From contig CAWGOZ010000004.1 in NCBI GenBank assembly GCA_963824345.1, positions 114,199 to 178,198 of the forward strand: a stretch of 64,000 bases of DNA. Reading direction: 5' to 3'. Source of the DNA: Bryobacterales bacterium (lineage in GTDB: Bacteria; Acidobacteriota; Terriglobia; Bryobacterales; Bryobacteraceae). The translations under genes were made by a program, and so were the position numbers. Numbering within the stretch: the first letter of the stretch is position 1; every line of letters starts with the position of its first letter. The notes under the pieces are model-generated. The model was not told where the DNA came from. It searched no databases and was given only the letters and a program-made list of their open reading frames with translations. Below, piece after piece: positions 41,989 through 52,193 of this stretch.

Positions 41989-42392
41989 ATTCGTTCTCCT
42001 TTCACGGAACCGACGCCTACTGGACGGCTCTGCCGCCGCGCGTGTTACAGCACGGAACACGCTGAGGCAATTAACAAAAATACATTGCATTGCCTTAAGG
42101 AATGGAGAGGGTGGAGACCCACCGATGCTGCGTCTTGCCAACGCCGGTGGCCCGAGAAAAACGACGGCGGCTTCGTGAACGATTTGTAGCTCCGCCGTCT
42201 CGCGGATCCTACTGGCGCATTCACGCCGCCTCGCTCCATTGGTAGCGGTGATGAAGACGCCCGACTCGCGGCTTCCCAAGCACCTCGGCAACCGCTTCCG
42301 TTCGAGATTGCTTTTCGAAAAACAGGCCGACGGTTGCAACCAGGGTTCACGCTAGCGCCGGCGCTTCGATGAACCCGCGTCTGATTCCTTCA

Positions 42393-43952
42393 TCACTGCA
42401 GCTTCAGGAATCGCGGAAGAGTCTCCGCTGAGCCCCCCGCCGCGCGGGCCAGACTCAACTTCGCCACGTTATGCGCGAACACGCTGTTGATGTAGTCCAG
42501 TTCCGCGGCCGCGACGGAGGACTGCGCTTGCGAGACTTCCACTGAATCCGTGATGCCCGCATCGAAACGCTGCCGGGTCAACGTGAGGGTCTCGCGGGTG
42601 ACGTCCAGGTTTTGGCGCGAGACCTCAACCTGGCTGGTGGCAGTCTGCAAGTCCAGAAACGCGTTACGCACGTCGCTTTCCACGCGGCTTCTCAGATCTT
42701 CCAGTTCAGCCCGGCGTTGGGCCACCGCGGCATTCGCCTGTTCGATATCGCCTTCGGTGCGGCCGCCCTGCCAGATGGGGATGCGAAGAGTTCCCGCGGC
42801 CGAGAAAGTCCCGTGCGATTGCGCCGGATTCAAACCAATCACTCCGTAATCGGCGCTCAACGATAAAGAGGGCAGGCGTTCGGCTCGGGCCGCAGCCAGG
42901 GAGCGCTCCGCGGCGCGAATCTGGGCCTGCGCCGCTTTGATATCGGGGCGCTGCATCAATGCCTGCGTGACGGCGCCTTCCTCATCGGCGACGGGCGCCT
43001 GGGCGAAAGGCACATCGTCGGACAGCTCGTAGCGATCGTTCGGCGGCAGTCCGGTCAGCCGGGCCAGATTGATTTTCTGCTTCGCGAGATCGTTCTGCAA
43101 TGAAGCCAGGCGCTGCTTCTCGGTCAGCATCTGGACCCGGCTCTTGTTGACATCGATCTGAGCGAGCAGCCCCACGCTGCGTTGCTGAGCGGTCTGTTGA
43201 TAGAGGGCGTTGGCCGTCTCCAGTTGCGCTTTGGCCGATTCCACCCGCGCGCGGGCGGCGATGACCTGAAGGTAGGCGCCGCCTACGGCGAGAACCACCA
43301 GATCCCTCGAATCCTGCGCGAAGAATTCGTCGGCGTGGAGCGTTTCTCTCGCGGACCGGTAATTGTTCAACGCGGTGAGATCGGCGACGGTCTGAGTCAG
43401 GCGTGCGCGCAAATCAAAATAGCTGAACGGCCCCACAATCGAGGGAATGCCGAATCCCGGAATAGGGGAAGTGAAGCGCAAGCCATCCGCCTTGAGGTCG
43501 ATCTGCTGCACGCTCTCCGACAGGCTGCCGTTGACATTGGGCATCAGAGCGCTCCGCGCAACCAGAGTTTGCCCGTGCGACTGTCGCAGAGCGAGAGTGA
43601 GGCCAACCGAGCCGAGGTTATATTGCAGGCCGCGCGCGACAGCCTCCCGCAAGGAGAGTTTCCCGGAGAACGGCATCTTCGAGGTGCTTAGCTCGCTGCC
43701 GGTATAAGGCCCCGCCACCTGAATGGATGGGTTGATGGTGTTGACGCTGGTGGTCGTGCCCGCTATGGGCGACTGAGCCGCGTTTACCGAACCCGACTCG
43801 CCCGTTCTTCCCGACAGCGGAAGCTGGTTTGCCTGCGAACCTGTGGACTGGCCCCCCGGCGGGGCGAACTGTCCGAAAGCCGTCGTTTCAAGCAGAGCCG
43901 CCAACAGCAAAGCCCCGGCGCCTATCAGCGAAGGTTGAATTCTTCTTGTCAT
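42393..43952 (-). CDS. TolC-family outer membrane efflux protein
   Basis: Signal peptide and two-fold repeat of coiled-coil/beta segments; last gene of the efflux operon. Confidence 0.85.
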   Translation of the reverse strand: MTRRIQPSLIGAGALLLAALLETTAFGQFAPPGGQSTGSQANQLPLSGRTGESGSVNAAQSPIAGTTTSVNTINPSIQVAGPYTGSELSTSKMPFSGKLSLREAVARGLQYNLGSVGLTLALRQSHGQTLVARSALMPNVNGSLSESVQQIDLKADGLRFTSPIPGFGIPSIVGPFSYFDLRARLTQTVADLTALNNYRSARETLHADEFFAQDSRDLVVLAVGGAYLQVIAARARVESAKAQLETANALYQQTAQQRSVGLLAQIDVNKSRVQMLTEKQRLASLQNDLAKQKINLARLTGLPPNDRYELSDDVPFAQAPVADEEGAVTQALMQRPDIKAAQAQIRAAERSLAAARAERLPSLSLSADYGVIGLNPAQSHGTFSAAGTLRIPIWQGGRTEGDIEQANAAVAQRRAELEDLRSRVESDVRNAFLDLQTATSQVEVSRQNLDVTRETLTLTRQRFDAGITDSVEVSQAQSSVAAAELDYINSVFAHNVAKLSLARAAGGSAETLPRFLKLQ

Positions 43953-43957
43953 GTGTT

Positions 43958-45127
43958 CTAGCTGAGTTGTTTCCTAAAGCGCCAGACGCTCGCCGAAACC
44001 ATGACGAGCGTGAACAGGGAGAGCACCAGAAAGTTGGGCCACAACGTTTCCATCCCACTGCCCTTGATCATGCTAGAGCGCGCGATCACGCTGAAGTGGC
44101 GGATGGGGTTAATCCGGACCAGCGGCTGCAGCCAGCCCGGAATCGCTTCGGCCGGAGTAATCGCACCCGAAGCCGTGGTGAGCAGCGGATTGACGAAGAA
44201 GCTGGTCAATTGGGCCTGGAAGGCCGAATGCGTGAAGGTGGCGATAACGGTGCCGATACCGATACCGGAAAGTACGCACAATGCCGCGCCACTCAGCAGG
44301 ACAACAATACTCCCGTGGAACGGCACTTCGAAGACGATCTTGATCAAAGCTGTCGCGAACAGCACCATCAGGAAGAGCAGCAAAAACAAAGGCGCGATTT
44401 TCGCAACGATGATTTCATAGGTGCCGGCGGGCGACATGAGCAACTGCTCGATCGTGCCGGCTTCGCGCTCCTTCACCATCGAAGTAGCCGCCACGATGGA
44501 TCCGTTCAGGATCAATAGCAGGCCGAATATTCCGGTTACCACAAACCACGAGCCCACCAGGCCGGGATTGTAGAGAAAAGCTCCCGAGAGTCGCGCCACG
44601 CCCCGATGGCTGATATCGGATACCGAGACCCGGGTCAACTTCGCGTGCAGCCCTTGGTTCGCCAGATCGGCATCGTAGGTTTGGATCACGCCTTCTGCGT
44701 ACCCTTGAGCGATCGCCGCCGTGTTGGCGTTCATCGCGTTCAGCAGGAGCTGCACTGTCACCGGCCGCCCGCGTTGCAGGTCTTTGGCATAGCTGAACGG
44801 AATCAAGACCCCGGCGTCGACATCACCACGGCTGATTGCATCGCCCAGTTTTTCGACGGAATAGTAATATCCGGCCAACTTAAAGCTTTTGCTCTCGGTC
44901 AACGTCGACGTCAGTCCACGGCTCTCCGGCGTCCGACTGTCGTCAATGATTCCCAGCTTGAGGTTCGACACGGTTGCATTGAGAACCAGGCTGAAGAGCA
45001 ACAATTGCAAAGTAGGCGGGATGATCAGCGACATCGCGAGGCGCCGATCGCGGCGGATTTGCGCGAACTCCTTGCGCAACAACGCGCGCAGCCGGTAACC
45101 GAGAAAGAATCGAGTCATTTTTCCCAT
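43958..45127 (-). CDS. ABC-2 permease (YbhR/YbhS-like)
   Basis: 'LLRKEFAQIRRDRR' N-terminus, large loop, C-terminal TM bundle. Confidence 0.85.
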   Translation of the reverse strand: MGKMTRFFLGYRLRALLRKEFAQIRRDRRLAMSLIIPPTLQLLLFSLVLNATVSNLKLGIIDDSRTPESRGLTSTLTESKSFKLAGYYYSVEKLGDAISRGDVDAGVLIPFSYAKDLQRGRPVTVQLLLNAMNANTAAIAQGYAEGVIQTYDADLANQGLHAKLTRVSVSDISHRGVARLSGAFLYNPGLVGSWFVVTGIFGLLLILNGSIVAATSMVKEREAGTIEQLLMSPAGTYEIIVAKIAPLFLLLFLMVLFATALIKIVFEVPFHGSIVVLLSGAALCVLSGIGIGTVIATFTHSAFQAQLTSFFVNPLLTTASGAITPAEAIPGWLQPLVRINPIRHFSVIARSSMIKGSGMETLWPNFLVLSLFTLVMVSASVWRFRKQLS

Positions 45128-45133
45128 GGCTAC

Positions 45134-46240
45134 CTACGCTTTCAACTGCATGCGGCGCATGTTGCGCCAGGCGATGGTATAGAAGACCGATCCGGTGAAG
45201 CCGATGATCAGGACCTTCCACCACTGCGCGGGCCAGCCGCCGCCTTCCAGCAGCGCGTCGCGCACGATGTCGATGTAGTATCGGCCCCAGATGAAATTCG
45301 AAAGCCAACGGATCTGAACCGGAATGTTCTGGATGGGAAAAATCAAACCGGAGAGCATAAAGACCAGCAGAAAACCGCCCAGCGCCACTGCCTGCATGGC
45401 CGCCGCCTGGTTGGGGATGGCCGATCCGATCAGGGTTCCAAACGAAGATACGCAGAACGCGTAGAGAACGGTGGCGACGATGAAACACGTAGGATCTCCC
45501 GCAAAATTGAGGCCGAAATAAGTGAAGAGCAGCGTGAGCAGCAGAAGGCACTCGCAGAAAGCGACAATCATGAAGGCAAGGATCTTGCCGAGCAGAAATT
45601 CATGCGCCGAAATGCTGGACACGTAGACCTGCAGGATGGTCTTCTGCTCACCTTCCTTGGCCGATGCCAGCGTGGCAAGCAGCGGCGGAAACAGTGAGAG
45701 CGCCAGGACGAAAATCCCGGGCCCGTAGAATTTCTTCGACGACCGCCCGGGGTTGTACCAGAAACGGATGGCGGCCTGCACCGGCGCGGCCCGGGCACCG
45801 CCGCCGTTATTTGCATTCCAAGCGCTGGTCACTTCGCCGGCGTAACCCGAGATGAGCCTGGCGGTGTTCGAATCGGAGGCGTCGATCAGCATCTGCACGG
45901 GCGAACTCACGCCGCGTGCGATGTCGCGTCCGAAGCGGGCCGGGATGATCAGCGCCGCGCGGGCTTGGTTCGAAGTGAACGCGGTTTCAGGTTGCCGGTC
46001 GACGGAGAACGGCACGATGTGGAATGTGTTCGATTGCCGGAAGGCGTCGATCAAGGAGCGCGAAGCGGGCGAGTCGTCCAGATCCTGCACCGCGATCGGC
46101 AGATCGGAGACCGTGAGCGAAATCGCGGATCCCATGAGGATGAGCTGCGTCAACGGCAGCACCAGCGCGAGACCAAGCGCCATCTTGTCGCGAATGATCT
46201 GGGTCAGTTCTTTGCGTGTCTGGGCCAGAATTCTTCTCAT
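45134..46240 (-). CDS. ABC-2 permease (YbhS/YbhR-like)
   Basis: 'KELTQIIRDKMAL' N-terminus; same topology as its neighbour. Confidence 0.85.
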   Translation of the reverse strand: MRRILAQTRKELTQIIRDKMALGLALVLPLTQLILMGSAISLTVSDLPIAVQDLDDSPASRSLIDAFRQSNTFHIVPFSVDRQPETAFTSNQARAALIIPARFGRDIARGVSSPVQMLIDASDSNTARLISGYAGEVTSAWNANNGGGARAAPVQAAIRFWYNPGRSSKKFYGPGIFVLALSLFPPLLATLASAKEGEQKTILQVYVSSISAHEFLLGKILAFMIVAFCECLLLLTLLFTYFGLNFAGDPTCFIVATVLYAFCVSSFGTLIGSAIPNQAAAMQAVALGGFLLVFMLSGLIFPIQNIPVQIRWLSNFIWGRYYIDIVRDALLEGGGWPAQWWKVLIIGFTGSVFYTIAWRNMRRMQLKA

Positions 46241-46261
46241 GGGATCACTCCTTATATTGGA

Positions 46262-48244
46262 TCAATCCTCGATCGCCACTTTGCCTTCCTGCCGCGCTTT
46301 TTCGACCATGCTGATGAAGACGTCTTCCAGCGAGAAACGCCCTTCCCTGGCGCTGACGACGTGTACGCCGTTCGCTTCCAGCTCTCGGCGATATTTTTGT
46401 TCCGCCGTCGCGGCGTCGTCCTCGGTGATGATGTGCAGGCGCTCGCCGAACAAAGAAACGCGCCAACGTTCGGAGTCGCTTTTCAGGAGGTCCATCCCGC
46501 GCTGCGGCCGATCCACGATGAACTCGAGCAGATGGCCGCCCTGCGCGCTCTTGATTGCGGTAGGGCTGCCTTCGGTCACCAGCTCGCCCGCCACCATGAA
46601 GCCCAGCCGGTTGCACTGCTCCGCTTCTTCCAGATAGTGGGTGGTAACGAGGATGGCGGCGCCGGCGTCGGCCAGCCGATTGATCATGGTCCAGAAGGAG
46701 CGGCGCGCCAGCGGATCCACACCGGAGGTGGGCTCGTCCAGGAACAGGATGCTCGGCTCGTGGAGGATCGCCGCGCCGAACGCAACACGCTGTTTCCATC
46801 CCTGCGGCAAGCTGCCGACTAACTGAACTTCTCTACCCTCCAGTCCCGAGAACGAAGCCACCCAACGCATCTTCTCCGCGCGCTCGTGTTCTGGAACTCC
46901 GTAGACGCCGGCGAAGAATTCGAGGTTTTCGGCGATGGAAAGGTCGTCGTAGAGAGAAAACTTCTGCGACATGTAGCCGATCTGCTGCCGTATCTCCGGA
47001 GAACGAAGGCTGCCGCGCTCGCCCGCCAGTTGCATATCGCCGCGTGTGGGCGGGAGCAAGCCGCACAGCATCTTGATGGTGGTCGTCTTGCCCGCGCCAT
47101 TCGCGCCCAGCAGTCCGTAGATCTCGCCGTACCGCACCTGCGCGGTCACGTTTCTTACGGCCGTGAACGATCCGAACTCCTTGGTGAGGTTCGTGGCGCC
47201 GATGGCAACTTTGCCGCGGAGGGCGCTGTGATCGCGCCGCCCAGGAAACACCTCGCCGTGAACTTTTTGTCCCAGGTTCCGCAACGTGGCGACGAATGTG
47301 TTTTCGAGCGTCGGTTCGTCGATCCGAACATCGTCGATGACCAGCCCCTCGGCGCTTAGTGCGTGGTCGGCGACGAGCTTCGCTTCCGCCGGCTTGTAAA
47401 CCAGCAGGTCCAGCCGGTCGCCGAATCGCTGGACGTCGATAATCTCTCGATCCTGGCCCGCGATCCCGGAAAGCACTTGCTCCGACAGCGACAGATTCGA
47501 AGTGTGGATTTCCATTCGCTTGGCGTGCAGGCTGGCCCGAAGCTCGGCCGGAGTTCCGGTCTGGCGGATCTCACCCTGATGCATGAACGCCACCCGATTG
47601 CATCGCTCGGCCTCGTCGAGATACGGAGTGGCGAGAACAATCGTCAGGCCATCGGCCGCAAGATGCGCAAGCGTATCCCAGAATTCGCGGCGAGACACGG
47701 GATCGACACCGGTGGTGGGCTCGTCGAGCAACAGCACGCGCGGCTCCGGAACCAGCGCGCAGGCCAGCGCCAGCTTCTGTTTCATGCCTCCGCTCAACCG
47801 GGCCGCCAGCCGGTGCTCGAACCGGTCCATATCGAACATGCGCAAATAGCGGCGTCCGCGCTTGGTAATCTCATCGGGTGGCACGCGGCGAAGATCGCCA
47901 ATATAGCGGATGTTCTCCGCGACAGTGAGATCCGGATAGAGGCTGAACGCCTGCGTCAGATATCCGGTGTGCGAGCGGGCTTCCCTGGCAGGCACCCCGA
48001 ACACTTCCGCCGTGCCCGAGGTGGCCTCCATAACTCCGGCGAGGATCTGGAACGTAGTAGTCTTCCCAGCCCCGTCCGGGCCGATCAATCCGAAGATTTC
48101 GCCATCCCCGATTTCGAGATTGATACCCCAAACGGCATCCAGGACACCGTATTTTTTCCAGAGATCGCGAATCCGGATCGCCGTGCCTGTGGGCGCGGCA
48201 CCACGGCCGTTCACTGCTCCCGTAATGGAATCCGCAAGCGTCAT
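46262..48244 (-). CDS. tandem-ATPase ABC protein (YbhF-like)
   Basis: Two complete cassettes: 'GPDGAGKTT...LSGGMKQKL...LLLDEP' and 'GANGAGKTT...LPQGWKQRV...LFLDEP'. Confidence 0.9.
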   Translation of the reverse strand: MTLADSITGAVNGRGAAPTGTAIRIRDLWKKYGVLDAVWGINLEIGDGEIFGLIGPDGAGKTTTFQILAGVMEATSGTAEVFGVPAREARSHTGYLTQAFSLYPDLTVAENIRYIGDLRRVPPDEITKRGRRYLRMFDMDRFEHRLAARLSGGMKQKLALACALVPEPRVLLLDEPTTGVDPVSRREFWDTLAHLAADGLTIVLATPYLDEAERCNRVAFMHQGEIRQTGTPAELRASLHAKRMEIHTSNLSLSEQVLSGIAGQDREIIDVQRFGDRLDLLVYKPAEAKLVADHALSAEGLVIDDVRIDEPTLENTFVATLRNLGQKVHGEVFPGRRDHSALRGKVAIGATNLTKEFGSFTAVRNVTAQVRYGEIYGLLGANGAGKTTTIKMLCGLLPPTRGDMQLAGERGSLRSPEIRQQIGYMSQKFSLYDDLSIAENLEFFAGVYGVPEHERAEKMRWVASFSGLEGREVQLVGSLPQGWKQRVAFGAAILHEPSILFLDEPTSGVDPLARRSFWTMINRLADAGAAILVTTHYLEEAEQCNRLGFMVAGELVTEGSPTAIKSAQGGHLLEFIVDRPQRGMDLLKSDSERWRVSLFGERLHIITEDDAATAEQKYRRELEANGVHVVSAREGRFSLEDVFISMVEKARQEGKVAIED

Positions 48245-49524
48245 TTGTTGAATCGGCCCGCGGGCCAGACATCGCCCTGAACGAGAATCTCGCCATCGGA
48301 CGGCATGCCGGGCTTGGCGAATCCGATGGCCGCCTTGAGGAGCAGCTTGACGCCCACCACCTGCTTCACGCGGTCGTCTCGGAAGTAAGTGTTCTCGGGC
48401 GTGAATGTGGCCTGTGGATCGATGCGCTGCACGAAAGCGTCGATCGGTTTGGTGGGCGCCGAATCGAGATACACGCGCGCGGGTTGGCCAATCTTCACTT
48501 TGCCGATCTGCCCCTCCGGCACGAATCCGCGCAGATAGACCTTGCTCATGTCGAGCAGCGTCACGATGGCGGTGCCGGCCGTGACCACTTCGCCCGGCTC
48601 GGCGGCGCGTGTCATCACGGTCCCGTCGAATGGCGCTGTGATGATGAGATCCCGCCGATTATCCTCCGCCTCTGCAAGTTGGAAACGGGCCTGTTGAGAG
48701 GCCGCGATGGCCGAGGCTATCTCTCCCTGCTGCTGGTCGATTTGTTTTCGCACGGTAGCGGCCTGGAAGGTGCGGATGCCAGGATTGGAGAGATTGGCCT
48801 GGGCCGTCGTCAGCGCCCCACGCGCAGCTTCCAGACGGCGGCGGGCAGCGGCCACGGCGGCGGCCTGCTGATCGGCAGTCGTGGATGCCTGCTTGCCCTG
48901 GCGTTCGGAGACCGCGCCGGTTTTCACCAGCTTTTGATACGCCTCGTTATCGAACTGCGCGAGACTCAATGACGCTTCCTGCTGGACCAGGTCGGATTCG
49001 GAGGCGGCTAAGTCGGCTTCCGCTTGCCGCACGCGGCCGGCCGCATCCACTTTGGACTGTTCCGTCATCAATTCGTTCTGCTGCAATCCCTGCTGGTAAA
49101 CCGCAATCTGATCGTTGGCCGATTTGGCTCTGGCCTCGGCGCCGGCGAGGGCGGCGCGGGCCTGGTCTTCACGCGCCCTGACCTGGGCGTCATCCAGCGT
49201 GGCAATCGTGTCGCCGGCTTTGACGGTATCGCCTTCGCGCACACGGATTTCGATAATGCGCCCGGCCGTTTTCGGTGCGACCGCCGAATCGTCGCCCTCG
49301 ATACGGCCGCTCACAGTGACAATGCTTTCCGGAACCCGAGGGTTCGCAAAATAGCCTCTCCAGATGAAGAAGGCGGCTACACCCAACGCCACCACAACCA
49401 GCGGAAACACCTTCCGGCGCGGACGCGGAGACGATCGCGGCGCCGGGGGTGACAATGGTGCGGTCGGCGTTTGACCTGGGGAAGGGGCGGCGGCAGTCTT
49501 GGGCTCGGTTTCCTGTTCCGTCAT
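48241..49524 (-). CDS. HlyD-family membrane fusion protein
   Basis: TM anchor, lipoyl-like 'GRIIEIRVREGDTVKAGDTIATLD', long coiled coil, beta-barrel tail. Confidence 0.85.
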   Translation of the reverse strand: MTEQETEPKTAAAPSPGQTPTAPLSPPAPRSSPRPRRKVFPLVVVALGVAAFFIWRGYFANPRVPESIVTVSGRIEGDDSAVAPKTAGRIIEIRVREGDTVKAGDTIATLDDAQVRAREDQARAALAGAEARAKSANDQIAVYQQGLQQNELMTEQSKVDAAGRVRQAEADLAASESDLVQQEASLSLAQFDNEAYQKLVKTGAVSERQGKQASTTADQQAAAVAAARRRLEAARGALTTAQANLSNPGIRTFQAATVRKQIDQQQGEIASAIAASQQARFQLAEAEDNRRDLIITAPFDGTVMTRAAEPGEVVTAGTAIVTLLDMSKVYLRGFVPEGQIGKVKIGQPARVYLDSAPTKPIDAFVQRIDPQATFTPENTYFRDDRVKQVVGVKLLLKAAIGFAKPGMPSDGEILVQGDVWPAGRFNK

Positions 49525-50201
49525 TTCGTTCGTCCCCTCTTTCTCTTTGGAGTTGGCGCGATCTGGCGAAGACCAGCCAGCGAAAAATCCCCAATGTGGG
49601 TTGCGATCTGCTCAATCCGCTCCGGATTCAATTCCAATTCGGGCCAGACACGCGAGACCACGTGGCGCGCATTCGAATAGTGGACCACTTGCGCGATGAC
49701 GCTATGCGTCACCAGCCGGACCTGGTCGTGGCCGGGAGCCAAATCGAGCATGCTACCGATCAACTCGCGGAAACGATCGTAAACCGGCCGCATTGTCTCG
49801 TCGATCACGCTCGCCATTGCGGGAGTGGGCTGGGCGAACTCGTGCATCATCAGCCGGAAGTGCCATCCGGGACGATCGGCTCGGCAGACTCTCAGGAGCA
49901 TGGCGCGGATCAGTCCTCGGAAAGCCTCTTCGGGAGGGGCCGCGCTCCCGATCGCCTTCCTGATGATTCCGTTTCCCGATGCGCCGACCGAATGCCGGAG
50001 GACCTCGGTGTACAACTCCAGCTTGTCACCGAAATGGTAGTTCACCAGAGCGATGTTGACGCCGGCGCAAGCGCAGATCTCGCGAACAGTCGCGGCCTGG
50101 AATCCGGATTCGGCAAAGACCTGTCCCGCCGCGTCCAGCAGCTTGGTGCGCGTGTCTTCCGGTAGTACGGGGGGGGTTGATTTCACGAGCGGCGCGGCCA
50201 T
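49521..50201 (-). CDS. TetR/AcrR-family regulator (CecR/YbiH-like position)
   Basis: HTH 'LLDAAGQVFAESGFQAATVREICACAGVNIALVNYHFGDK'; first gene of the efflux operon. Confidence 0.85.
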   Translation of the reverse strand: MAAPLVKSTPPVLPEDTRTKLLDAAGQVFAESGFQAATVREICACAGVNIALVNYHFGDKLELYTEVLRHSVGASGNGIIRKAIGSAAPPEEAFRGLIRAMLLRVCRADRPGWHFRLMMHEFAQPTPAMASVIDETMRPVYDRFRELIGSMLDLAPGHDQVRLVTHSVIAQVVHYSNARHVVSRVWPELELNPERIEQIATHIGDFSLAGLRQIAPTPKRKRGRTK

Positions 50202-50202
50202 C

Positions 50203-50230
50203 TAAACAGCAGTTTAAAATGAATGTTTAA
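50203..50230. promoter_or_regulatory. two overlapping AT-rich palindromes, candidate TetR operator
   Basis: TAAAC-AGCA-GTTTA (50203-50216) and TTAAA-N7-TTTAA (50214-50230), starting 2 nt upstream of the TetR start codon. Confidence 0.35.
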
Positions 50231-50372
50231 TTCTGTCAAGGGATGAGCACTCTTCGGCGTGCGCGAAACTTGACCTGAATGGGCAAGGAGCTCCGAAGGT
50301 TGGCGGAAAGGCTACCTCAGAACCCAATCGAGGAAGAGAGAGACACAGCCTGCCCGTCAAACCGTGTTGTAT

Positions 50373-50392
50373 ACTGAACCTAATGGTTCAGT
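50373..50392 (+). promoter_or_regulatory. perfect 8-4-8 palindrome over the ArsR start codon (candidate auto-operator)
   Basis: ACTGAACC-TAAT-GGTTCAGT. The ATG at 50383 lies in the spacer; TATACT at 50370-50375 sits 7 nt upstream of the ATG. Confidence 0.5.
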
Positions 50393-50748
50393 CTTGCCAA
50401 GTCCGCTTCGATGCCTCGTTCGGCGCGCTCTCCGACGCCACCCGACGAGGCGTTCTGGAGCAACTCGGGCGTGCGGACGCTTCGATCACGGCCCTTGCCG
50501 AGAGGTTCCACATGACCCTTACGGGAATGAAGAAACATGTAGGCGTCTTAGAGCAAGCGGGGCTCGTCAGCACAGAGAAGGTTGGGCGCGTGCGGACCTG
50601 CAAGCTCGGGCTGCGCGGACTGGAAGAAGAGGCGGCATGGATCGAGAGGCATCGCCAGCTCTGGGCCGCGCGCTTCGACGAGTTGGACATTGTTGTCGAC
50701 GAATTGACACGGAAGGAGAAAGCAAATGGACGTAAGAAGAGAAAGTGA
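50383..50748 (+). CDS. ArsR/SmtB-family transcriptional regulator
   Basis: 'FGALSDATRRGVLEQLGRADASITALAERFHMTLTGMKKHVGVLEQAGLVSTEKVGRVR'. Confidence 0.85.
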   Translation: MVQSCQVRFDASFGALSDATRRGVLEQLGRADASITALAERFHMTLTGMKKHVGVLEQAGLVSTEKVGRVRTCKLGLRGLEEEAAWIERHRQLWAARFDELDIVVDELTRKEKANGRKKRK

Positions 50749-51235
50749 GGCCACCCCCACGAAGAACCGCACGGGGGTGGAGCGGAAGTCCGAGCGCGAA
50801 CTCGTCGTCACGCGCACCGTCAACGCTCCTGCGCGCCTCGTGTTCGAGGCGTGGACCAAAGCAGAACTATTCAGGAGGTGGTGGGTACCAAGCTCGTATG
50901 GGCTGACCCTGCTTTCCTGCGAAATGGATGTTCGCGTTGGGGGGCAGTATCGTCTGGTGTTTCGCCACGAAGATTCGACGATGGAGTTCTTCGGCACGTA
51001 CCTCGAAGTGATACCGCACTCGCGCCTCGTTTGGACCAACGAGGAAGGTGACAACGGCAAGACCGTCACCACGGTGACCTTCGATGAAAACGCAGGCAAG
51101 ACGTTGTTGGTCGTGCACGATCACTATCCCTCGAAGGAAGCGCTTGACTCCGGATCGACGGGCGCGATGCCCGAGGCGCTCGACCAACTCGACGAGCTTC
51201 TCGCCAGCCTGGGATCAAGTACTGACGAAAAATGA
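50726..51235 (+). CDS. SRPBCC (AHSA1/START-like) domain protein
   Basis: 'VVTRTVNAPARLVFEAWTKAELFRRWW.P......SCEMDVRVGGQYRLVFR'. This family is a common ArsR partner. Confidence 0.8.
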   Translation: MDVRRESEATPTKNRTGVERKSERELVVTRTVNAPARLVFEAWTKAELFRRWWVPSSYGLTLLSCEMDVRVGGQYRLVFRHEDSTMEFFGTYLEVIPHSRLVWTNEEGDNGKTVTTVTFDENAGKTLLVVHDHYPSKEALDSGSTGAMPEALDQLDELLASLGSSTDEK

Positions 51236-51729
51236 CGCAGCCAATCCATCAATCAACGAAGCGCGCGGCCGGCCGCCAGGGTAAGAAAACCGCTCAAGGC
51301 AAGACCCGGGCGAAGCTACTGGTCGCCATGACTGGCAAGGCAAGCGCCGCGAAGACCGCCACAGGCGCCGAACCCGTGTTCGCGTACATCGCTAGCTTGC
51401 CGCAGCCGCAGCGCGGCATCGCCGAGCGCATCGATGACCTGGCGGCTAAATGTTTGCCGGACATCCACCGAGCGGTGAAGTGGGGCATGGCGTACTACGG
51501 GGTCGACGGGGGCTGGTGCTTCTCCTCCGGCGCCTTCGTTGGCCATGTGAAACTGATGTTCATACGCGGCACGAAGATCAAGCCGGAACCGCCTGTGACG
51601 CCGATCGGGATGGGCAAATCCACCCGCGGAGTCGAGTTAGCATCGGTTGACGATTTCGACGAGCGTCAATTGGCGTCATGGATGAAGCAGGCCGGCACCA
51701 TGCCCTTCGTCGGCGGAAAGAAGCGATGA
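51232..51729 (+). CDS. DUF1801 (YdhG-like) domain protein
   Basis: 'FAYIASLPQPQRGIAERIDDLAAKCLPDIHRAVKWGMAYYGVDG.WCFSSGAFVGHVKLMF'. Confidence 0.7.
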   Translation: MTQPIHQSTKRAAGRQGKKTAQGKTRAKLLVAMTGKASAAKTATGAEPVFAYIASLPQPQRGIAERIDDLAAKCLPDIHRAVKWGMAYYGVDGGWCFSSGAFVGHVKLMFIRGTKIKPEPPVTPIGMGKSTRGVELASVDDFDERQLASWMKQAGTMPFVGGKKR

Positions 51730-52193
51730 CTACGCCGCGGCGCAGCGTTCAGGACGCCGAGAAGGCGAATGAGACCGTGGCGTGGCAAGCGTTGCCATGC
51801 CGTTACAGGGGGTCGCGTCCAAAAACAGAAAAACTGGCCTTGGCGCATGTATTCAGCTCTTCGCGGCGAAATGGCGCAAGACGCGGCTTCTACATCGTGA
51901 CTGCCGATCGCCCCTGCGGCCGCGTTTGGAACGGCTTGTTCCCCTATCGAGGAATCACCGTGCATGTCGAAACTCGGCTGGACAGAACGCTGACGGTGCG
52001 CTTCGGCACACAGTACCTGACGGTCGGCGAATGCCAGCGGCCCCAGAAGACAGTGGCGGTCAAACCAGCCACCGCCGGAACGTCCCAGACGGACCAAACT
52101 TACCGACACCGCCGCAACTATCAAGCGGCAGCAGCTGTCAATCGTGGAGCGGGCGCTCGGGTTGATGGACGTTCTACTGAAGTCAAGAAATAG
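51726..52193 (+). pseudogene. possible C-terminal fragment of an rve/DDE-type (ISNCY-like) transposase
   Basis: 'GITVHVETRLDRTLTVRFGTQYLTVGECQRPQK' resembles the conserved tail of such transposases. No catalytic core is present. Confidence 0.3.
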
